64,000 bases of DNA from Octopus vulgaris. Its lineage: Eukaryota. Numbering within the stretch: the first letter of the stretch is position 1; every line of letters starts with the position of its first letter. The stretch is from contig OX597821.1 in NCBI GenBank assembly GCA_951406725.2, positions 11,594,001-11,658,000 of the forward strand, written 5' to 3'. Made by a program: the position numbers and the translations under genes. The notes under the pieces were generated by a model, which saw only the letters and a list, made by a program, of their open reading frames with translations, searched no databases and was not told where the DNA came from. Shown here piece by piece: positions 54,582 through 64,000 of this stretch.

Positions 54582-57000
54582 CTACAAGGGTAGCAAATTC
54601 TGTGAAAAAGAAGTGTCACAACATAGAGAAAAACATCAGCGAAAACTTTATCACATATGCTGGTAGAGTAAACTGGGAATGCGAGAAGTTCAAGCTAGAA
54701 AAATTCACTCCAGATATGTTCAAAAGCCTGATTTTTACACAAAGACTGACTCCCGAAAAGGACGCATAAATCAAAACTAGAATTCTTGCAAAGCTGAAGC
54801 AAAGCAAGGCTGTAACCCTGCAAAATGTGTCGAAGAATGTGAAAGGATACTTAAATTAAGACACGACACAGAGGAAATTGAACGTAAAGATTGTCTCCAA
54901 GTAAAACCAGTTTGGAATAGTCTGAATAGAGATCAAGTGTTTTCTGAAAAGCACAACAAACATCAAGATTTAAACCCATGTTTTGTATATGGTGGTTTGC
55001 ACCAGAGGAAAAATTATCCATTTAATAAAGTGAAGTGTTTTCGTTAAGGACATATAAAGACGCACTGTAGAATAAAGATGATAAAACGTTAGAAAAAAAG
55101 GTAAAATTACAAATAGAATGTCATATGTCATCTGAAGAAATTGGAAATATTACGATGAGAAAATTTGTGAAGATGAAAATCAGAAAAACTCTTTAAATGC
55201 AGTTGGATACGGATACTAACATTACTATTATAAACGAAAAAACGTAGAAATGTGTCAGTAAGCCGAATTTAATTAAATGTAAAAAGGTAGCACATGGTGT
55301 AACAGGAAAAACCTATTTTTCGCTTAATTTGAATGCAATGTAGCTTTTCGAGGCGAAACGAAAAAAAGAAAAAAGACGCTAATATATACTCAGCATGTGA
55401 TGGCGTACTGATGTATGCACAGAGAGTGGTCATACCGGAAACACTACAAAAGAGGATGTTGAGAGAATTTCACATCGGATATCCGGGTATTTCAAGGATG
55501 AAAAAGTTAATGAGCAGTTACTTATATTGGTGAAAGATGGACAAAGAAATCGAAAATTTGGTGAAAGGCTGTAGAGGATGTGCTCTTCCAGCAAAATTAT
55601 CCGATATAAAATGTGAACATTGACCAGAAGTAAATGTTCCGTGGTTGAGACTACACATCGGTTTCGCTGGCCCTTTAAATGGTTTATATTATAAGAGGTA
55701 CTTGATAATTTTTCGACATGGCCTGGAATTTAAAAGTGTAAAAAACCTACCTCCGCAACTGTGATAAACTTTTTACACGAATCGTTTGCAAGGTTTGGCA
55801 TCCCAGACAAGATAATGTCTAACAATGGAACGCAATTTCTGTCTAGCGAATTTTAAAAAAAATTGTGAAACGTTCACGTTAGAACATATAATTACGGCGA
55901 ATTTTACAAAAATTTGTGAAACGTTCACGTTAGAACATATAATTACGGCGAATTTTAAAAAAATTTGTGAAACGCTTACGTTAGAACATATAATTACGGC
56001 GAATCTTTAAAAAATTTGTGAAACGTTCACGTTAGAACATATAATTACGGCGAATTTAAAAAATAATTTGTGAAACGTTCACGTTAGAACATATAATTAC
56101 GGCGAATTTTAAAAAAATTGTGAAACGTTCACGTCAGAACATATAATTACGGCGAATTTTAAAAAAAATTGTGAAACGTTCACGTTAGAACATATAATTA
56201 CGGCGAATTAAAAAAAAATTGTGAAACGTTCACGTTAGAACATATAATTACGGCGAATTTTACAAAAATTTGTGAAACGTTCACGTTAGAACATATAATT
56301 ACGGCGAATTTTAAAAAATTTGTGAAACGCTTACGTTAGAACATATAATTACGGCGAATCTTTAAAAAATTTGTGAAACGTTCACGTTAGAACATATAAT
56401 TACGGCGAATTTAAAAAATAATTTGTGAAACGTTCACGTTAGAACATATAATTACGGCGAATTTTAAAAAAAATTGTGAAACGTTCACGTCAGAACATAT
56501 AATTACGGCGAATTTTAAAAAAAATTGTGAAACGTTCACGTTAGAACATATAATTACGGCGAATTAAAAAAAAAATTGTGAAACGTTCACGTTAGAACAT
56601 ATAATTACGGCGAATTTAAAAAAAAAATGTGAAACGTTCACGTTAGAACATATAATTACGGCGAATTTAAAAAAAAAATTGTGAAACGTTCACGTTAGAA
56701 CATATAATTACGGCGAATTTTAAAAAAATTGTGAAACGTTCACGTCAGAACATATAATTACGGCGAATTTTAAAAAAATTGTGAAACGTTCACGTTAGAA
56801 CATATAACTACGGCGCCAAACCCTCCAAGACCAAATGGACGCTCTGTTGATGCCTTCACAAGATATTTAAGAAAAGTAAATAAGGAAAGTACATATGAAG
56901 TAGCTCTTCAACAATTTTTAAGGGTGTAGCGTGTAACGTCAAATCCGAATTCACCAGCAGGTAGTTCACCAGCTGAACAGATGTTTGCAAGGAAAGTAAA
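54582..57000 (+). pseudogene. Decayed Ty3/Gypsy LTR retrotransposon (gag, Zn knuckle, protease, integrase; RT/RNase H deleted)
   Basis: YAGRVNWECEKFKL (gag-like), LDTDTNITIIN (protease-like), RVVIPETLQKRMLREFHIGYPGISRMK...CRGC, RLHIGFAGPL, FARFGIPDKIMSNNGTQF; many stops and frameshifts. Confidence 0.85.
55846..56815 (+). repeat. 19 x ~51-bp tandem array inside the integrase core
   Basis: Unit gcgaattttaaaaaaatttgtgaaacgttcacgttagaacatataattacg, counted by eye; no spacers. Confidence 0.95.
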
Positions 57001-57242
57001 GTCAGGAGAGAAAGTAAATAGGAAAGTACGTAGAGTAAGAGAGTGTTAGACTGTATTGTTAGCTTCTAATAATTGAGGAGAATAACATTGTACGACTAGG
57101 TGTCGTACAGTTCTAGATAGAAACAGCCTATGGACGACTTCGGAATAATATCTTTCAGAGCGACATGCGTCGTACAAAGACAGATACAAAAGTGGCAAAA
57201 GACCGATTTACAACAACAACATAATAATAATAATAATAATAA

Positions 57243-57283
<41 letters not shown>

Positions 57284-57301
57284 ATGATGATGATGATGAT
57301 G

Positions 57302-57332
<31 letters not shown>

Positions 57333-57334
57333 TG

Positions 57335-57398
<64 letters not shown>

Positions 57399-57413
57399 TG
57401 ATGATGATGATGT

Positions 57414-57518
<105 letters not shown>

Positions 57519-57525
57519 TAATAAT

Positions 57526-57990
57526 CATGTCTCGTCATTGATATGACTGTCACAATCGATATAAACGTATATGTCAAGACCTACCAAAAACTGAGCAAAT
57601 ATAAAGATCTTGAACTAGAAAGTAGGAAAATGTGGAACCTGAAGACTAAAACAATACCTGTTGTCATAGGTGCCCTGGGAATGATAGCAAAAGGGGCTGA
57701 TTTCTAGCTCAGATAACAGGAAAACCCAAAATGGCAAAAATTCAAAATATAGTACTCATGGGAACTGCTCATATCCTACGCAAAATACTTTCTATGTAAT
57801 CTCAAGTTTTAAAACAAACGTAATTTTCCTATGTTTTCTTAAACATTCTCTAGAACAACACTATGTACAATACCAAATATATGGCACCCTAGGCATAACA
57901 CGAACATAAACTTCCAACTTGTTATCTCTTGAGGTCTCTGGGTGAGACTTGGAGCCAACTTGTACAAATGTAAGGCAAAAGTCAAGCATA
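57526..57990 (+). mobile_element. R4/Dong-like 3' fragment
   Basis: CLVIDMTVTIDINVYVKTYQKLSKYKDLELESRKMWNLKTKTIPVVIGALG; (AAT)n flanks. Confidence 0.85.
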
Positions 57991-57991
57991 A

Positions 57992-58079
<88 letters not shown>

Positions 58080-58104
58080 GCAAGTACAAAAACAACGATG
58101 AATT

Positions 58105-58325
58105 CCTTAACGTAGTACCAGGCATTGGCTCTCAGGGCTTCTGATCTTAATTGATTGGAAGTGTTATCATGTACATTGTTTTGTCTTGGGCTACAGAAAT
58201 TTATCTGCTCAATACTGCAGATTTGCTTGTCAGTTGTTTGACCTTGAACAGTTGAGTATGTCCCTTTGTGGCTGACGATATGTGCATCTCTGATAACGAG
58301 TAGTGGAGTAGCATCATAGTGGGGG
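58105..58325 (+). mobile_element. Family G element (5' part)
   Basis: Collinear with 12385-12620. Confidence 0.7.
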
Positions 58326-58489
58326 GCGGGTTCGAGAAGATGATAAAGAAGAAAAGGCAAAAGAGAATAAGAGAACGAAGAAGTAGGAGTAGGAGGAAGA
58401 AAAAAGGAAAGAAAGAAAATGAAGAAGTAGAACATAAAGCAAGAAAGAAACAAAAAAAAGTTGGGATGAAGAAATAAATAAAAAAGAAA

Positions 58490-58494
58490 GTAGC

Positions 58495-58532
<38 letters not shown>

Positions 58533-58708
58533 AAGAAGAAGAAGAAGAAGAAGAAAGAGGAGGAGGAGGAGGAAGAAGAAGAAGCAGAAGAAGAAGACGA
58601 AGAAGAAAAAAGAAGAAGGAGGAGGAGGGGGAGAAGAAGAAGAAGAAGAAGGAGAAGAAGGAGGAGGAGGAGGAGGAGGAGGAGAAGAAGAAGAAGAAGA
58701 AGAAGAAG

Positions 58709-58738
<30 letters not shown>
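58490..58738. repeat. (GTA)n-(GAA)n-(GAG)n compound trinucleotide tract
   Basis: Direct reading. Confidence 0.95.
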
Positions 58739-58739
<1 letters not shown>

Positions 58740-59147
58740 GTATTGGCAGATGCAACGTTAGTGACAACACCTCTCAGAAATTAATAATGATATTCTAGAA
58801 AAATGTTTGAAAACTTGAAATATATTTGAAAAATAAAAATTAAGAATGTATCATAAAAATTAATGCAAAATGCTGAAATGAATAAAAGCTGAAAAGGTGT
58901 ATAACACAAATGTAGAGAAAAACATGCAAACTGGGTAAAACACGAAAAGTGTGAAAGCAAAAAAACGTGAATAACATGAAAATTAATGAAAAATGTGAGT
59001 AAAACACGAATATATTCAACAAAAATTCCTGCTAGAGCAAAATACAAACCGGCCAATGAACATAAAATATAAAACATATGGAAAAGAAGAAGACGATTAA
59101 AGAGAGTGTCAGAGAGAGACAGACACTGAGACTCATTGAAACAGATG

Positions 59148-59202
<55 letters not shown>

Positions 59203-59294
59203 CAGAGAGGCAGACAGATAGACAGAGAAGGAGAGGGGAGAAACACAAATACTCAGGTTGATAGATAGAAAGACAGACGGATATATATATATAT

Positions 59295-59818
<524 letters not shown>

Positions 59819-60205
59819 AAGAATGACAGATAGAAAGAGTTGAGTGATAGCTAGCCTGTCTTCAACCTTTGTTCCACTCCCACTTCTGGAACCGTTCATG
59901 CTACGTCAGTACTATGCCAGCTCTATGGTCAATATTACTAAAAAAATTCCACTGTGGCCGACCTTGCCTTTTATCTTTTCGTGGAGGATAAATAAGCACC
60001 AGTTGAATACTGGGATATAACCATCTCCCCCGAAATTGCTGGCCGTGTACCAAAATTTGAAATTAATATTATTACACAATATTACTCATAACAGTTGGTA
60101 GAAACCAAACTCAAGGCGAAACTTTGAACAGTTGTACACAACCCTGTCCTGGAGCAAAGAAGAGCAGATTGTCAACTCCTGATATCATAAACTTACATAG
60201 CAAGT

Positions 60206-60543
60206 GAAGGCGCATGGCTCAGTGGTTAGAGCGTCGAGCTTACGATCACGAGGTTGTGTGTTCGAATCCTGGACCGGGCTGCCTGTTGTGTTCTTGAGCA
60301 AGACACTTTATTTTACGTTGCGCCAGTTCACACAGCTGTAGAAATGGTTTGCGACGTCACATATGCCAAGCTGTATCGGCGTTTGCCTTTCCCTTGGATA
60401 AACACTGGTGGCGTGGAGAGGGGAGGCTGGTATGCAAGGGCGACTGCTGGTCTTCCATAAACAACCACGAACGGATTTGTGCCTGGGAGGTTAACTTTCT
60501 AGGTGCAATCCCATGGTCAGTCATGACCAAAAGGGGACTCAGC
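60206..60543 (+). mobile_element. tRNA-derived SINE (head C + tail C), 11-bp TSD
   Basis: Box A tggctcagtggtt, box B gttcgaatcc; ACATAGCAAGT at 60195-60205 and 60544-60554. Confidence 0.9.
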
Positions 60544-60587
60544 ACATAGCAAGTTTGCCAGAGGTGTTAAGCAGTTCCATACCAGTC

Positions 60588-60786
60588 ATTTACCTGTTTC
60601 AGTTATTTAACTGCGGCCATGCTGGAGCAACAGCTTTAGTCGAACAAATCGACCCCAGGACTTATTCTTTGTAAGCCCTAGTACTTAATCTATCGGTTTC
60701 TTTTGCCGAACCACTAAGTTACAGGGACGTAAACACCCCAACACTGGTTATCAAGTGATGGTGAGGGGACAAGCACAGGCACACAC

Positions 60787-60841
<55 letters not shown>

Positions 60842-60996
60842 CGACGGCCTTCTTTCAGTTTCCGTCTACCAAATCCATTCAGAAGGCGTTGGTAGGCCCG
60901 AGGCGATCGAAGACGACACTTGCCCAGGATGTCACGCCGTGGAACTGAACCTGGAACCATGTGGTTGGGAATCAAGGTTCTTACCGCACAGCCACT
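60588..60996 (-). mobile_element. Family A SINE
   Basis: Collinear with family A. Confidence 0.85.
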
Positions 60997-61031
60997 AAGT
61001 ATTTTAATATCAAGGTGTATCAACGTATATA

Positions 61032-61292
61032 ATAATAAAATAAATGCGCCCTTTTAAAGCCTAGCCAGGCTCATGGACCTGGTTTCCCGGTTTCTATGGC
61101 GTATGTGTTCCCCACCCGGACGGGACGCCAGTCCACCGCAGCGTTACTCATTTTTGCCAGCTGAGTGGACTGGAGCAACGTTAAATGAAGTGTTTTGCTG
61201 AAGAACACAACGCGTCGCCCGGTCCAGGAATCGAAACCACAATCTTACGATCATGATGCTGACACTCTAACCAATAAACCACGCGCCTCCAC
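61032..61292 (-). mobile_element. tRNA-derived SINE (head C + tail H), 13-bp TSD
   Basis: ATCAACGTATATA at 61019-61031 and 61293-61305. Confidence 0.88.
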
Positions 61293-62622
61293 ATCAACGT
61301 ATATACGTACGTATAAATAGATGCACACACATAAATCCACAACCACCACCACCCCACACATATATGCATAAATGTATATACAGTTATTCAACGTGCGATG
61401 ACTGAATACTGAATTTAAATGAACGAATAACAATATCCTTTTGTATAGCTACGTCGTATGAGAAATACTGTACGTGTGCAAATTGGCTGTTGTGACTTAT
61501 AGAAATTTGGAATGTTTACTGTATCATTTAATGAAATAACATAAATTTACTAAAAGGAACTATGCAAAAGTAAATATACTGGAATACAACCCAATATAAA
61601 TTATTATAACATTCAAATGAATTAAAAATTCGAAAATTGAATAGCAGGAATTGAAAAGCGATGTTACACTTTTAAATCTGTAGGTGTACAAGATTGTATA
61701 ATATGAATGATTGTTGCGTATCATGGAATCAATCCAATTAGAGGTGGTGAATACAAAGTAAAAAATTAGATTTTATTCTCAATTTATCGTAAATTTTATT
61801 CTCAATTTTATGTAAATCGCAATGAATTGTAATATACGTTTTCAGATGTTTAATAATTTGGTGGTATTAACAGAAATTTGTAAGGAATAATTCGATAGTT
61901 AAATAAAGATAATTAATGGTGTGACAATAACCAAACTTGTTTAAACAAATATGTATATGTAGTGAGTGTTGTGGCTGACATTAGAATCTAAGTTACGAGT
62001 ATGTCTTGCAAACAACTTGCACATACAAGTGCTACCAGTCAAAAGCTCTGTATACCGGAAGCCAGCAAGGGTATGGGGTCATCAGGAAAGAATGCGCGCC
62101 GTTTCGGGGCCTACCTCTCGACGGCATCAATGCGCACTGACCCCCCCCCCAATGATATGAGGCCTCGCTTGCTAGATCAGCTGGTTATCAAGTTAAGCTC
62201 AATATCCTTCTAGCCATCACTCATCGTCTCTTTTTAACCAAATCCAGTGGCTCGCCTTCTCCACTGTAGATTGGATATCGGTCATGGTAGTATTGACTTT
62301 ACGATGAGTTAGGCCTAGCGATAACAACAGTCGTCTCACACTGTGCCCAACAAACCCTTTACATCCGACTTCTATATCTAGCATTTAGGCTGTCCACTTT
62401 TAGTGGTCAGTCCTCTAAATTTTTTATGTAAAAAATTTTAATCTTCGTTTTTTTAAAAAAAATATTTTAGGTCACTGGTTTTAATTTTATCAATTTCTAC
62501 CCTTATTTAATTTTAAATTTTATATATATATGTATTTATATATATGCATACATACATACATAATATATATATATATATGTATATATACATACATACATAC
62601 ATACATAATATATATATATGCT

Positions 62623-62664
<42 letters not shown>

Positions 62665-62683
62665 ATACATATATAATATATAT

Positions 62684-62724
<41 letters not shown>

Positions 62725-62785
62725 AGTTGAGTGAAAAGTAGCGCCCGGTTTCTAGGAAGTCATGCCTTTCTTTGTTGTTTTGCAG

Positions 62786-62998
62786 GTTATTACCGACAGT
62801 TTTGAAAGTTAGTAAACCTCAATCATCTATCATGTTGTTAATACTCTTCGGTATCCGAACTCGTAAAAGAAGAACATGGAGTCAAAAGTGTCTCCGAGTT
62901 GGGAAGTCATACATGTCAACGCTAAAACAGGAATTGGGTGCTACTTTTGGCTCACCTAGTGGATGGAAACTGTTTTCTCTCTACGATCTAGAGCCGAG
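62786..62998 (+). CDS. Candidate internal host exon (213 nt, phase 2-2), product unrecognised
   Basis: Pyrimidine tract + ttgcAG acceptor, GAG|GTAAAA donor, length divisible by 3, open frame LLPTVLKVSKPQSSIMLLILFGIRTRKRRTWSQKCLRVGKSYMSTLKQELGATFGSPSGWKLFSLYDLEP. Confidence 0.55.
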
Positions 62999-63917
62999 GT
63001 AAAAATAGAAAATAATTGGTAGAAATGATGAGAAGAAACATGCCAATATACTGGATAAAACTGTGTGTGATGTAAGGGCGATACATTACAACCTATTTGA
63101 AAGCAAAATACAGCAAATATATTTTTTATTTTCTAATAATATTCTATGTTTGTAAGTTGGGATTTATTTCGCGTGTCGGCTAAAAAGCTGTAAATTGAAG
63201 AGCAAAATTTAAATACATATATGGTACGAATCAGACAGAATGGTTGAATAACAGGATATTAAATTTAGGTTTCTGAGAGAGAAAAAGAAAGGGAGAGTGA
63301 GAAAGAAACAACAATGTAAGTGCTTGTATGCGTGTGTGTGTGTGATGAACAGTATCTTGAGGGAAATCCTTGAATACTGGTTTGAAATTTTGAGTTCTTT
63401 TATTTTATTGCACCGTCGTTAAAAACTCGTGCACAAAGAAATTGCTTTATATTTAAGAAATATTTTCATCACCAACCGTGTAAGAGACATTTTGGCTCAG
63501 CTGTTATGGCGCCTCGTATTCAGGCTTGTTTATTCAACGCAAACTTATTAGTTCCGCCCCATATTCTGCCTGTCTATCTGTTTCATTCTCTATCTCTATC
63601 TGCATGTTTATATTTCCTCGTGTGGTGTGTATGTATTATGATGGGGTATGCGTATTCCAAAACGTACTGCCGCCATTTGTAAAGTAGGTTAAAGTGGCGA
63701 ATCAGCCGTTTAAAGTAATTATGAATGTTTAATTCTGGAAGTTCAGCCCATTCATATGTATACAATTTACGCTCACATAGTTTCGGGTTCAGTCCCACTG
63801 TACGGCCAATCAAAGCTTGGTGAGTCGATTCGGTCAAAAGATACCGAAAGAAGCCCATCGTATGTGTGTGGGGGGTGGATGGGTTTATATCTATATCTAT
63901 ATCTATCTATCTATCTT

Positions 63918-63988
<71 letters not shown>

Positions 63989-64000
63989 GTCTATCTAGCT

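Noticed and set aside
55846-56815. CRISPR-like array
   Set aside because: Units are contiguous with no unique spacers, derive from integrase coding sequence, and no cas genes are present
60206-60280. tRNA gene (likewise 1959-2030)
   Set aside because: A/B boxes but no acceptor stem; continues into a SINE body with TSD

Overview
AT-rich, microsatellite-saturated animal genomic DNA (intergenic or intronic). The repeat landscape is most consistent with an octopus/cephalopod (inference). Almost all ORFs in the track are microsatellite or SINE artefacts. Supported content: (1) a 5'-truncated Penelope-like retroelement (PLE; RT C-terminus plus GIY-YIG, open reading frame) followed by a minimal hammerhead ribozyme (HHR); (2) many short PLE pseudo-LTR-like or fold-back elements, mostly in (TA)n tracts, carrying canonical, degenerate or variant HHRs; (3) three elements with no HHR that share a different, co-varying RNA-like motif in the position an HHR normally occupies, which is the best candidate for something undescribed; (4) four R4/Dong-like non-LTR 3' ends in (AAT)n tracts and a non-coding partner family; (5) a decayed Ty3/Gypsy element whose integrase contains a 19-copy ~51-bp array with a 7-mer higher-order repeat; (6) three non-autonomous Helitrons, Tc1/mariner fragments and many modular tRNA-derived SINEs; (7) one plausible host exon (62786-62998). 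All structures were read by eye; nothing was computed or searched.
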